This document shows, piece after piece, positions 30,857-41,043 of a DNA stretch of 64,000 nt. Position 1 is the first letter of the stretch, and each line of letters opens with the position of its first letter. The DNA is from a virus. Both the position numbers and the translations under genes were made by a program. Location: positions 31,703 through 95,702 of IMG/VR virus record IMGVR_UViG_3300035211_000097, one strand, 5' to 3'. The notes beneath the pieces are model-generated. The model saw nothing but the letters and a program-made list of their open reading frames with translations, made no database searches and had not been told where the DNA came from.

Positions 30857-31974
30857 TAGATGTGTGTGATCCCCATTTCGGGAGAAAGCAGGATACTATT
30901 ATGGTAAAAAACGATATTTTACCTGAATGTGGTTTACCTGAATTGAATTCCAGAACATATGATTTGGTAAATCGTATGAATTATGCTTCTGAGTTTGCAC
31001 AGAAAAATAATCACAGTCTTGTGATTGCTGGTGATGTTTTTAATATTGTATCTCCGAGTACTCGAACTATTTCTATTTTTAATGCATGGTTGGGCCGTAC
31101 ATTAAAAATGGGTGTAGTGGTCTACATTATGCCGGGGAACCATGACAGTACAGTTACATGGGTAAATTCTGGTATGCTCATGGGTTTGGAGTCAGTCATA
31201 ACCAATTTTTATATTATAGACAGGGTTTCTATATGGGAAATAGACGGTATGCGAGTACTGATGATCCCGCATATACCAAGAGATTTAATTACACCGGATA
31301 GCTTTTCTATTTTGAAGGAAGCTGACAAGTATGATCTTGTGGTGGGCCATGGTCAGATTGTAGGAAGCAGTTATGATAACGATTGTTTTTATGAAGCTGG
31401 TAAGGCTGTTGAATTTACGTATGGTATGTTCCCGGAAAACACACAAGTAGTGCTGGGTCATGAGCATGCCTATAAGGTGTACAAAGGCGAGGGTAATGTT
31501 AGAGTTTATTATCCCGGATCAGTAGTTGAAAATAATTTTGGGGAAGCTGGGGATGAAAAGCGGTTCGCTGTGGTGACTAATGGAGTTATCAGTTTTGAAA
31601 ATTATCCTGATTTGAAATACCCGTATATGAACATTGACATCGATCTCACTGAAAAGGATTTCAGCTATACCCCGGATGACATCAGAGATATTTGTCAGGG
31701 AAAAGTGATCAAGGTGAGAGCTACAGCCAAGGATGCTTTAGCTGTAAATCAGGTCAAGATATCACAGGTGATTACCGAGGCTGGTGGTTATGTTGTCCGG
31801 TTTGAAACTATACTTCTGGAAAGTGAAGAAAGGACAGATGTATCTATGATCACAAATCATGATCATCGGGCATTACTTAAAAAATATCTGGCGGGACAAG
31901 ATGATTTAACAAAGGCCGAACGTGATGAAGCGTATTTGATTGGGGAAAAAGTAATTGAGGGAGGTGCTGAATGA
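30853..31974 (+). CDS. sbcD: SbcD/Mre11-like metallophosphoesterase nuclease
   Basis: DPH, AGDVF, GNHD, GHEH and YPGS motifs. Confidence 0.88.
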   Translation: MIDVCDPHFGRKQDTIMVKNDILPECGLPELNSRTYDLVNRMNYASEFAQKNNHSLVIAGDVFNIVSPSTRTISIFNAWLGRTLKMGVVVYIMPGNHDSTVTWVNSGMLMGLESVITNFYIIDRVSIWEIDGMRVLMIPHIPRDLITPDSFSILKEADKYDLVVGHGQIVGSSYDNDCFYEAGKAVEFTYGMFPENTQVVLGHEHAYKVYKGEGNVRVYYPGSVVENNFGEAGDEKRFAVVTNGVISFENYPDLKYPYMNIDIDLTEKDFSYTPDDIRDICQGKVIKVRATAKDALAVNQVKISQVITEAGGYVVRFETILLESEERTDVSMITNHDHRALLKKYLAGQDDLTKAERDEAYLIGEKVIEGGAE

Positions 31975-33974
31975 TCTGTAGAATACAAGGGACTAATTTC
32001 ATGGGGTATGAAAAGGTCGATGTGGATATCAGCGGTTATTCTTCTATTGAAGTTGTGGGGCGTAACGGTTCCGGTAAATCAGCACTGTTGGAAATGGTTA
32101 TTTATGCGTTGTACGGGATTACCCGGCTGGCTACCAAGGAAATATCCAGAAAGCAGGGGGATGGTACACACGAGGTAATCATTTCTTTTGATAATGTGGC
32201 TGGTAATAAGGGAATTCTGGAAATAACCAGAGGATTAAACGCTAAAGGGAACGGGTACGCTTCTGCTACTTTTAATGGGGAGCCGGTGGCTGATGGTTCT
32301 ACCGAGTTGGCTACTTACATAGATAATACGATACAGATGGATTCTGTGATGTATCTTTCCAGTGTATTTTTTGGTCTGTCTGATGAGAAGAAAGGGGATA
32401 AGATGATCAGTGTGACTCCGGCTACTCGTTTGGAAAACCATCAAATACTGGCAAATATCGCTATGTATAAACCGTGGAAAAAGAAGGTCGATATTGAGAA
32501 GAAAAAAGCAGAGAGCGAGTATGATGTTGTGTCCGGGAACGTGGAAGCGTATGAAAAAATACTGGCTGACATCGATGTTACTGAAATAAATAAACAGATC
32601 GAGGATGATCGTAAGGAAGTCGAAAAGATACAGGAGAAAATTGACGGGTTCAAGCTTAATGATCTCCGGGCTAAAATTGAACGAGAAAAAACTTTGGCCG
32701 ATAATATTGAAGAGCTTAAGAGATCGATTAAGGAAAAGAAGGAATTTCTGAGTAAAAAAGTAAAGTCCATAGAGGAATATAAAGAGGATATGGACGAAGC
32801 TGTGGAAAATATTAAGACATATACGTCTGAATTGAAGGAATTGAATACGCAGCGAGAAGAACAGGGTGATCTGCCTGCGTTTGAAAATAAAAAAGTAAAT
32901 ATAACACAAGCTATTGCTGTGATGGAAAGTGATTTGGAATTGCGAGAGGCTGCCGTGCAGGTAGAGCATGATAGCTGTGATTGTCCTCTTTGTAAAAGTA
33001 AAGTGTCTGAGACTGTTGTGAAAAAGTGGAGAGAGGAAATACAAACTTTGCTGGATAAGGTTGCGGCACATAATAATCAGTTGAAGGGCATTGAAACAAA
33101 GATTGCCCTGATAAATACCACAGACGCAAAGATCACACGTAAAACATCGGCTATTGATAATGCAAAGACTGAACGTGATTCTGCTAAAAAAAGTATTGAG
33201 GGTTTTGAGGTAGAGCGAAAAGAGATTGAAGCGAAAATCAGGGACAAGGAAAACCAGTTGAAATCTCAGGAAGCTAAATTTGATGCTGAAGCATATCAGA
33301 AAAGGTATGATGAGGTTAAGCGCATTGAAAGAGAAATTGAAATTCTCAATGATCAGAAATCAGATAAGAATGAAAATATCGCTGTGTTAAATGAAAAGTT
33401 GAAGTCGAAAAAGACTACTGAGGAAAAATTGACAAAGGCTAAAAAGAAAAGAAAGGCTTTACGTATTACTATAAAATTACACGGTGTGGTCTCCAAGGCT
33501 TTTTCAAAGCAAGGGATTCCGATGGATTTGTTACGCTGGTTTAATGCAGAGCTGGAAAAAATAGCTTCCAATGTTTACAAGAAATTTGGAAATGGCTTTA
33601 TTACTATAGAAGAGGTTCCGGGAAAACAGCCGGGTCTGATTTATTATCTGGTTGATGCTTCAGGAAAGAAACACCTGAATGGTTTATCAAAAGGGCAGAA
33701 AATGATGGTGTTTGTATCGCTCAGAGTTGCACTTACTCAGTTGATGCAGAGGATTTCCGGGGTGTATGTGGACTATTTGATATTGGATGAAATCGTGGCC
33801 AATCTGGACGAGGAAAACCGTAGTACGTTGATGAGCCTTATAAATGGAGTTTTGAGCCAGTTTTACAAACAGGTGATTGTTGTTTCACATGCGTCTATGC
33901 GAAACATTTTTAATAAAACGGTCAGCGTGGAGTTGGGTACCGATGGAGTGTCCAGAATCGTTGATCCTGCATGA
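31971..33974 (+). CDS. sbcC: SbcC/Rad50-like SMC ATPase
   Basis: GRNGSGKS, coiled coil with CPLC zinc hook, LSKGQ, ILDE, VSH. Confidence 0.92.
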   Translation: MICRIQGTNFMGYEKVDVDISGYSSIEVVGRNGSGKSALLEMVIYALYGITRLATKEISRKQGDGTHEVIISFDNVAGNKGILEITRGLNAKGNGYASATFNGEPVADGSTELATYIDNTIQMDSVMYLSSVFFGLSDEKKGDKMISVTPATRLENHQILANIAMYKPWKKKVDIEKKKAESEYDVVSGNVEAYEKILADIDVTEINKQIEDDRKEVEKIQEKIDGFKLNDLRAKIEREKTLADNIEELKRSIKEKKEFLSKKVKSIEEYKEDMDEAVENIKTYTSELKELNTQREEQGDLPAFENKKVNITQAIAVMESDLELREAAVQVEHDSCDCPLCKSKVSETVVKKWREEIQTLLDKVAAHNNQLKGIETKIALINTTDAKITRKTSAIDNAKTERDSAKKSIEGFEVERKEIEAKIRDKENQLKSQEAKFDAEAYQKRYDEVKRIEREIEILNDQKSDKNENIAVLNEKLKSKKTTEEKLTKAKKKRKALRITIKLHGVVSKAFSKQGIPMDLLRWFNAELEKIASNVYKKFGNGFITIEEVPGKQPGLIYYLVDASGKKHLNGLSKGQKMMVFVSLRVALTQLMQRISGVYVDYLILDEIVANLDEENRSTLMSLINGVLSQFYKQVIVVSHASMRNIFNKTVSVELGTDGVSRIVDPA

Positions 33975-34335
33975 AGCTAAAAGTATTGATGACTGGAATA
34001 AGAGGGTTTTACAGCGAGACCGCTATTGTAGGCTTTGTACTGGTGCTGTACCGGCTACTGATCCTCACCATCTGATTTTCAGACGGTATAAGAAAACGTG
34101 GCTAATTTTAGAAAACGGAGTGGGATTATGTCGGAAACATCATACATGGATACACAAGAAGGGAGGGTTGAGGCTGTGGAAGATAATAACGTGGCTGATA
34201 AGGGAAGACCTATATTTGAAACTGATAAACCTGTCAGGAGCTACTTTCCGGGACAAGAGTTCCGGGATGGTCAGGCCGAAGCCATTGAAGCCATTGAAAA
34301 TGCCTACAAGCAGGGATATAAATTCGTTATTTTAG
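33943..34335 (+). CDS. HNH endonuclease-like protein
   Basis: RDRYCRLC...DPHH...NGVGLCRKHH; 3' part overlaps the helicase gene in another frame. Confidence 0.7.
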   Translation: MECPESLILHEAKSIDDWNKRVLQRDRYCRLCTGAVPATDPHHLIFRRYKKTWLILENGVGLCRKHHTWIHKKGGLRLWKIITWLIREDLYLKLINLSGATFRDKSSGMVRPKPLKPLKMPTSRDINSLF

Positions 34336-35756
34336 AGGCCCCGACAGGAAGTGGTAAATCTTTTATTGCCGGGGCGTTTGCAAATGCTGTGAAAGATACA
34401 CATATGCTGACTATTCAGAAAATTCTTCAGGATCAGTACCAGAGGGATTTTCCTGATTATTATGTGATGAAAGGCAGAAACGCTTATAACTGTTTGATGG
34501 AAGTAGGTGAGACCTGTGCGAAAGGGCCGTGTCAGAGGGATAAGAGAATTTCCTGTTCTGATTGTCCATATAAGATTGCCAGAAGGCAGGCTCTGGAAGC
34601 CAAGGTTACTATTAATAATTTTGATAGTTTTTATTATCAGAATCGTCTGTCTATTGGGTATCCTCCCCGGACATTGATGATTGTAGATGAGGCTCATAAC
34701 ATTGAAAGGAAATATTTGGATTTCATCTCTTTTACGATTTCATCAAAAGAAGATATGACTGGTATTCATATTCCTGAATATGACAAGCTGAGTGAGTATG
34801 CTGAGTTTATGCAAGATTATGAAGTTGAAGTTACTAAGCAGTTGGGATGGCTCACTGAATTATATGAAAATGGTACCTTACCAAAAGATCAGGTGGCGGT
34901 CATGCGTAAACTTCAGATTTTACAACGGAAGATCAGGATTTTTCTGAGGAAGCATGAAACGGTAGAATATGTTTTTGACTATGAAGATAGAGGCATGGTT
35001 CAGAAACTCACGCTGAGGCCTGTTATGGTAGACGATGAAATACCAAATGATCTTTTTGTACATTCCGATTTTGTTCTCATGATGTCTGCTACAATACTGG
35101 ATAAGGAATTATTCTGTGAAGGTATCGGGCTTGATCCTGAAGAGGTGCGGATGATTCAGATGGGTAGTCAGTTTCCTAAAAAGAATAGGCCTATTTTTAA
35201 GAAGTATGCCGGGTATATGTCTTATAAGCATATTCACAAAACAAAGCCGTTGATGCTCAGTCTGGTAGAGATGATTTTGGAACAGTACCCGGAAAGGAAA
35301 GGTATTATTCAGACACATACAGAAAATATTGCTGAGTATATCAGGACAAATATTGACGATGCTTTTTATGATCGGCTTACCTTTAATAAGGATTATTTGA
35401 CTCCCATGGATATGTTGGAGGCGCATAAAAATAAACCGGGGTCTTTTATTGTTGCCAGTGGTCTTCGGGAAGGACTGGACTTGAAAGGCGATCTTTCACA
35501 GATACAGATTTTCTGTAAGGTTCCTTACCCATCATTGGCAGATAAGCAGGTGAAAAGACGAGCGGAAATATCTCAGGAATGGTATGGGTACATTACAGCG
35601 CATATGCTGGTACAGGCTCTGGGCCGATCCATCAGATCGAAAAAGGATAAGGCACTTACTTTTATTCTGGATCGAAGTTTTGATCAGTTTATGTTTCGTA
35701 ATGGGTATTTTATCCCGGATTATATTAAGGAGGCCATCGTTGGCAAATCTAAATGA
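34146..35756 (+). CDS. DinG/XPD-family SF2 helicase
   Basis: Q motif RDGQ, APTGSGKS, Cys cluster, DEAH, SAT, QALGRSIR; start uncertain. Confidence 0.88.
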   Translation: MDTQEGRVEAVEDNNVADKGRPIFETDKPVRSYFPGQEFRDGQAEAIEAIENAYKQGYKFVILEAPTGSGKSFIAGAFANAVKDTHMLTIQKILQDQYQRDFPDYYVMKGRNAYNCLMEVGETCAKGPCQRDKRISCSDCPYKIARRQALEAKVTINNFDSFYYQNRLSIGYPPRTLMIVDEAHNIERKYLDFISFTISSKEDMTGIHIPEYDKLSEYAEFMQDYEVEVTKQLGWLTELYENGTLPKDQVAVMRKLQILQRKIRIFLRKHETVEYVFDYEDRGMVQKLTLRPVMVDDEIPNDLFVHSDFVLMMSATILDKELFCEGIGLDPEEVRMIQMGSQFPKKNRPIFKKYAGYMSYKHIHKTKPLMLSLVEMILEQYPERKGIIQTHTENIAEYIRTNIDDAFYDRLTFNKDYLTPMDMLEAHKNKPGSFIVASGLREGLDLKGDLSQIQIFCKVPYPSLADKQVKRRAEISQEWYGYITAHMLVQALGRSIRSKKDKALTFILDRSFDQFMFRNGYFIPDYIKEAIVGKSK

Positions 35757-35952
35757 TTATCAGGATGATAAGCAGGATTATTTGAAAAGGATTGATGATC
35801 TTGAGACTGATGCAAGGATAAGTATCTGGGAAGAGGGATTTTTAATAAGCATACGGCAACGTCTGGAAAGAGGTCGAGATTTGACAGATGATCAGATATT
35901 AAAACTGGAAGAAATAGAGAAAGAGGTGGAGGAAAGGGAGTATTATGGTTGA
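35740..35952 (+). CDS. Hypothetical protein
   Basis: TTG start after AGGAGG; coupled to neighbours. Confidence 0.5.
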   Translation: MANLNDYQDDKQDYLKRIDDLETDARISIWEEGFLISIRQRLERGRDLTDDQILKLEEIEKEVEEREYYG

Positions 35953-36862
35953 TACATTATCCGGGATGAAACCGAACAAGGTTTATGAGTATGTGATTAT
36001 TGATGGGATGAATTTCGCTTATAGAAATCATTATGGTAATCATCTGACTCATGAAATCATGGTAGACGGTGAAAGGCAGATACTTCGTACGGGTATGCTA
36101 TATGGATTTGCTAATCTTTTGCTTGCCAGACACAATAAATATCCTAATGCTGAGTTTATAGTACTCTGGGAGGGTGAAAATTCATGGAGGCGCAAGAAGT
36201 ATCCTTTTTATAAATCCAATAGAAAAACACGCCGGTCGTTATCTTTATCCTCTGCTGAGGATTCTGAAAAAAGGGAATTTTATGAGTGTGTGGATCAGTT
36301 ACAGGAATTTTTATCACAGATAAATGTTAAGCAGGTTTCACACGATACTCTGGAAGCAGATGATCTTGCCGGGTACTTTGTCGAGCTTTACGGTGAAGAT
36401 GTTCTTTTGGTATCCAATGACCATGACTGGCAGATGTTGGCTGATACAGCTGATGTCATGGTCGAGGGTACCATTTTAAAAAAATCACCTCCGGGATTAT
36501 TCTGGCATAAGGTTATTCGAGGGGATTCTTCCGATAAGATACCTCCGGGTCTTCCCCGGATACGATCGGAAATATTAAGCAAGCTGTTGCCACAGATACA
36601 CTGCACAGAGGATATTCCTCTACTGCTTAAAAGTATGGATCAGGAATCGTGGGCTAAACGTGCTGAAGAGCGTATGCGGGAATTGAAAATAAATGTGGAG
36701 CTGATTACTTTGCATGCTGAAATGGTTGATGAGAGCAAGCTGGAATGGATACCGGTTATAAATGATCCGGGGCAGGCTGAGGCTATTTTGAAGTATACCG
36801 GTATGAAAAGTACAGTAACTAAATTCCGGGAGTTGTCGTACATTATAGGCAGGAAGGGCTAA
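35945..36862 (+). CDS. 5'-3' exonuclease/flap endonuclease (PolI N-terminal/T4 RNase H-like)
   Basis: IIDG, YKSNR, EADD, SNDHD, GDSSDKIP motifs. Confidence 0.88.
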   Translation: MVDTLSGMKPNKVYEYVIIDGMNFAYRNHYGNHLTHEIMVDGERQILRTGMLYGFANLLLARHNKYPNAEFIVLWEGENSWRRKKYPFYKSNRKTRRSLSLSSAEDSEKREFYECVDQLQEFLSQINVKQVSHDTLEADDLAGYFVELYGEDVLLVSNDHDWQMLADTADVMVEGTILKKSPPGLFWHKVIRGDSSDKIPPGLPRIRSEILSKLLPQIHCTEDIPLLLKSMDQESWAKRAEERMRELKINVELITLHAEMVDESKLEWIPVINDPGQAEAILKYTGMKSTVTKFRELSYIIGRKG

Positions 36863-37225
36863 GTGAAACAGGAATTGATTGATCTGTATGATAAAGCCAC
36901 AGACATACAAAAAGAGTTTATTGATTGTATTCTGAAGGGACATCCGGTGATGGGTGCGGTTGGGAAGAAAGAACGGGTAGAGGTTGACCATGATATTTTA
37001 TATGCCATAAATGGCGAACTGGGAGATATAAATTTATTACGGGCGTGTCTTATTTCTGCTGATATCAGTTTGAATAATGACAATGCTTTTCAGGCCAGCA
37101 TCTTTGTGTTTTCTTTGATATTGAAGTGGAGAGGATTCACCGCTGACTGGTTGAAGGATCAGGTTTTCAAAATAATTGAAGAGGTAGATAAAAACTTTGG
37201 TGATTCAGAACGAAAATTGCATTAA
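36863..37225 (+). CDS. Hypothetical helical protein
   Basis: 120-aa ORF filling the gap before the polymerase. Confidence 0.5.
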   Translation: MKQELIDLYDKATDIQKEFIDCILKGHPVMGAVGKKERVEVDHDILYAINGELGDINLLRACLISADISLNNDNAFQASIFVFSLILKWRGFTADWLKDQVFKIIEEVDKNFGDSERKLH

Positions 37226-39671
37226 TTGTACAGCAAAAAAGAATTGTAAAAATCCGAACATCGAGGGCAATGGGTACACGTCTGCCGATATCATGATTAT
37301 AGGTAGCCATCCAGAAAAAGACGATGACAGAAACGGGGAGGCTTTTTCTGGGATCACCGGTCAGTACCTTGTCGAAGATGTATTTCCTTACGTGGGTCTT
37401 GAGTCTGAAGAGGTGTATTTTACATATGCTGTGAAGTGTATGCCGAAAGTAAAAAAGAATGGAACACTGGATTCTGTTTCTGCGGTAAGTGTAGACCGAT
37501 GCAGGGATGCACTGGTAGCTGAGATTAAAAAGGTAAAACCAAAGGTTATTTTCTCACTGGGAGATGCTGCTTGTGCTTCCCTACTCCAAAGCTATATTGA
37601 AAAGAGTGATGAGGATGCCAAGAAGATAGCCGGGGCTTCTAAGTGGCGAGGTAAAAAGGTATGGTCACGGGAGTTTGAATGCTGGATTTTCTTTGAAATA
37701 AGTGTAGTGAAATTACTTTCCATGGATAAGGGCCGAGGGAGTACTTACCACGAAGAGTTATTTCAAAATACGCTTGAAGAGGCAGTACAGCATATTTCAA
37801 GAAAACCATACAAACAGAAAAAGGTTGTTTCCAGAGTGATTACCAGAGTCAGTGAGGCTCTGGATTTTTTGAAGACAGAGATTATGCCAAGCTCTTATCA
37901 TGGTTTCGATATTGAGACCGGAGGTTCCGGGCATGATTTTAATGATCGGTATATTATTGGTGCTTCTTTCAGTGCCAGTACAAAGCTGGGAGCGTATTTC
38001 AGCTGGGACTTAGTGAAATCCAGTACAGAGCTTTATAATTTGGTGAAGAGTCTGCTTACTGATAGGAATAGATTAACTATTATTCACAATGTTGGTTTTG
38101 AGTATAAGGTACTTAAGATCAGCGAAGGAATTGAGATCAGAAATTATTTCTGTACTATGATATCTGCCGGTCTTTATGATGAGAACTTTTATAAAGGGTT
38201 GAAACCGCTGGCGTGGTTACATACTGATTTCGGTGGTTATGAAACTGAACTGGAACGATACAAGGTAAATCATAAAGTAAAAGATGATTATTCAGAAATT
38301 CCTTTTGATACACTGGCCCCGTACGGTGGTTATGATTCTATAGTCCCGGTTATTCTTTATAAGAAATTTGTCAAGGCAAGCAAAGAACTGGGATATTCTA
38401 CTTTACAGAATAAAATATTATTCCCTGTACGCCGGGTAATGTCTGAAGCTGAGATTACCGGTTTCAAGCTGGATAAACAGAGAGCATTACAGTTGAAGGA
38501 AGTTGCTGGTAAGGCATCACATATTTTACAGGAAAAAATATATGAGTATGTGGGCCGGGAATTTAATATTGGATCAAATAAACAGTTGTCACAAATTCTG
38601 TACAAAGAGATGAAGCTAAAGCCCTTGATAAAAACAAAGACCGGTTACTCAGTTAACAAAGACAGTATTAAATTTATTTGTACACAGGAAGAAGGAAAGG
38701 AAATAGGAAGCCTTTTGAGTGGGTATAATTATCTGTCTACTATGGTTGATTCACACGTTAATCAGGCTTTGAATTATGTGTGGGCTGATGGTCGAGTACA
38801 CACTACTTTTAATATGACCGCAGCAGTTACCGGGAGAAGTTCAGCGAGTAGACCATCGTTACAAAATGTGCCGAGTGATGGGCTTGTAAAATCTATGTAT
38901 ACGGCCAGTGATGGATGTTACCTGTTGGATTCTGATTTGAAAGCAGCTGAGTATGTTTACTTGGCAGCTGCGTCTGGGGAACGAGCATTTATAGAGGCGT
39001 TTCGTCAAGGATATGATGTACACGCCATGACTGCTTCTATGATCTTTGGTATTCCTATTGAGAGGGTTGATCCTGAGCGCAGGCGTATTGCGAAAAGCAT
39101 AAACTTTGGTTTGGTATACGGTATGACAATAATAGGGCTTGTTGTTAGATTAGGTATCACAGAGGAAGAGGCAGAGGCGTTTATAGATTTATATTTTGAG
39201 AAGTTGCCCCGGATACAGCAGTATTTGGAAGTAGTTGAAAAATTGATTGTGGCGAAAGGTTGGGTGCAGTCTCTGTTTGGCAGGATACGTAGAATTCCTA
39301 ATGGTATGAGTGATGTCTGGTTTGAAGTTTCCAGAGCAAAAAGGCAGGCCAGAAACTCCCCGGTACAGGGTGGTGCTGCTGATTATGCTTATCTGGGTTT
39401 GGTGCGAGCAGCAAATAACTTGCGTAAAGTTAAATTACGTACTAAACTAATACACACAGTTCATGATTGTGGTATTGCTGATTCACCGGAAAATGAAGTA
39501 GAGCAGGCTACTGAGTTGATACGGAAAGGTTTTGAGGAACCGGTGAAGGTACTTCCGGTCAAGATGCGTGTAGATTGTGAAGTGACAAAGAGGTGGGGTG
39601 AAAATAATAAGTCTCATCTGAAAGAAATATTTGAAGTATGTGGAGTATGGGAGGCAGACAAGTGGTTATAA
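37197..39671 (+). CDS. Family A DNA polymerase with N-terminal family-4 UDG-like domain and 3'-5' exonuclease
   Basis: CxxC...GSHP...GEAFSG...AVKC (UDG-like); DIET and HN exonuclease motifs; TGRSS..PSLQN, DLKAAE, RRIAKSINFGLVYG, VHD. Confidence 0.92.
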   Translation: MVIQNENCINCTAKKNCKNPNIEGNGYTSADIMIIGSHPEKDDDRNGEAFSGITGQYLVEDVFPYVGLESEEVYFTYAVKCMPKVKKNGTLDSVSAVSVDRCRDALVAEIKKVKPKVIFSLGDAACASLLQSYIEKSDEDAKKIAGASKWRGKKVWSREFECWIFFEISVVKLLSMDKGRGSTYHEELFQNTLEEAVQHISRKPYKQKKVVSRVITRVSEALDFLKTEIMPSSYHGFDIETGGSGHDFNDRYIIGASFSASTKLGAYFSWDLVKSSTELYNLVKSLLTDRNRLTIIHNVGFEYKVLKISEGIEIRNYFCTMISAGLYDENFYKGLKPLAWLHTDFGGYETELERYKVNHKVKDDYSEIPFDTLAPYGGYDSIVPVILYKKFVKASKELGYSTLQNKILFPVRRVMSEAEITGFKLDKQRALQLKEVAGKASHILQEKIYEYVGREFNIGSNKQLSQILYKEMKLKPLIKTKTGYSVNKDSIKFICTQEEGKEIGSLLSGYNYLSTMVDSHVNQALNYVWADGRVHTTFNMTAAVTGRSSASRPSLQNVPSDGLVKSMYTASDGCYLLDSDLKAAEYVYLAAASGERAFIEAFRQGYDVHAMTASMIFGIPIERVDPERRRIAKSINFGLVYGMTIIGLVVRLGITEEEAEAFIDLYFEKLPRIQQYLEVVEKLIVAKGWVQSLFGRIRRIPNGMSDVWFEVSRAKRQARNSPVQGGAADYAYLGLVRAANNLRKVKLRTKLIHTVHDCGIADSPENEVEQATELIRKGFEEPVKVLPVKMRVDCEVTKRWGENNKSHLKEIFEVCGVWEADKWL

Positions 39672-40315
39672 TTCACGGAAGAGATGTAAAACATTTCGTA
39701 AGTTCTATAGGTGAAGGGACATGGGATCAGGTAGAGGCTAATGAAGATGGTTCATTTTCATTGAGGGTTGCTTCACTGAAAATTATGGAAAGCGGTGTAG
39801 AATTGGGTTTTAATCCTCAGACACGGGATACAGATGTTATGGGTAGAATGTATTCGCCTCCATCACATACGAGGCCGTACAAATTACATAACGGTATGGG
39901 TGTGAAATTTCTTACTCAGTTGAAAATTAGTAAGGATATTTTTGCGTATACGAGATATCGTCTGGGGTACATGCTGGTAGATGTTCTTGGAAAGACTGAA
40001 GGGGTCGGTCTCATTTTTCCGAAACAGATTATGATGCTTGATCCTAATAATATGAATATTGAAGTGCCAGCGGTAACAGGCAGGCGGTTGGCTATTCAGC
40101 CCTATGCTGAATTTGCCAGAATGTATTTTGTGGCCTTTTCAGAAGGTATTCCAGTGGATGCTTTATATCCTGTCCCTGAGAAAAGTGTTTTATCTGTTGA
40201 GGTTCCTGATGATATAGACGATGTGCTTAATAAGGGCATACCAATTATCAAGGATGTGGTTTTTGATGGAGAAGAGCATATACCGGATAATGTGGAGATA
40301 GAAGACGATGAGTAA
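39638..40315 (+). CDS. Degenerate dCTP deaminase/dUTPase-fold protein
   Basis: Weak resemblance only (SFSLRV; RYRLG in place of RSSL; EFARMYF); catalytic motifs not intact. Confidence 0.3.
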   Translation: MWSMGGRQVVIIHGRDVKHFVSSIGEGTWDQVEANEDGSFSLRVASLKIMESGVELGFNPQTRDTDVMGRMYSPPSHTRPYKLHNGMGVKFLTQLKISKDIFAYTRYRLGYMLVDVLGKTEGVGLIFPKQIMMLDPNNMNIEVPAVTGRRLAIQPYAEFARMYFVAFSEGIPVDALYPVPEKSVLSVEVPDDIDDVLNKGIPIIKDVVFDGEEHIPDNVEIEDDE

Positions 40316-40727
40316 AACACACTGTAAAGGATGTGCTTTTCTTTTTGTTTTACAGGCGAAGAAAAGTAGCAGCTATACAATAAGGTGTTTGGCTGATGCT
40401 GATTTTGTAGACAGTCCTCTGCGCAAATGTGTGGATGTGAAGGGTATGGAGCTTGCTTTAGAAAAAAATAAGTCGTTTGATTGTCAGGATAAAAAGATAT
40501 TTTCTTTTAAAGCTGTTCTGATGAAAAAATGGTTGATGGATAATCTGGGGGATATGGATGTCAGAAAAGTCAGACTCGAAGAAGTCAAAACAGAATACGA
40601 ACGAAGTCTCACTGAAAGTACAGGGGGAAGTGGCCGAAAAGATGAAGGAAAAAAAGCCACAGAAAAAATCTCCGCTGGCAAAGGAAAGTCCACGAAAAAA
40701 GCCACCAAAGGATCGAAAGACTCTTAA
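40308..40727 (+). CDS. Hypothetical protein (Cys-containing, basic tail)
   Basis: ORF coupled to the upstream gene. Confidence 0.5.
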   Translation: MSKTHCKGCAFLFVLQAKKSSSYTIRCLADADFVDSPLRKCVDVKGMELALEKNKSFDCQDKKIFSFKAVLMKKWLMDNLGDMDVRKVRLEEVKTEYERSLTESTGGSGRKDEGKKATEKISAGKGKSTKKATKGSKDS

Positions 40728-41043
40728 GAGTTTTACTATTAAGGGTGAAATCGAGCTGCGCACTGAACAAGTAGAATTTTTATCTGTTGGTAGAGAGCCG
40801 TTCGTGGAAAACCCGGATACTGTGATAGACTCTTTTTATCAGAAGTTTACCGGGTGTGTTCTGGATATTACTGACATTAAAAGGAATAAGACAATTTCAT
40901 TGATGCTTGACGCTATACAGGTTGAGATGCTTTTAAAAATAATGTGTTTATGTGATGGGGGTTATAGTGCAGACGAGCGAGAAGTCATCGAAGCAGAACG
41001 AAAAGAGCTTGCAGAGAAAGTCGCTTCTAAAAAGAGTAAATGA
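40558..41043 (+). CDS. Hypothetical protein
   Basis: ORF overlapping both neighbours; start uncertain. Confidence 0.45.
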   Translation: MSEKSDSKKSKQNTNEVSLKVQGEVAEKMKEKKPQKKSPLAKESPRKKPPKDRKTLKSFTIKGEIELRTEQVEFLSVGREPFVENPDTVIDSFYQKFTGCVLDITDIKRNKTISLMLDAIQVEMLLKIMCLCDGGYSADEREVIEAERKELAEKVASKKSK

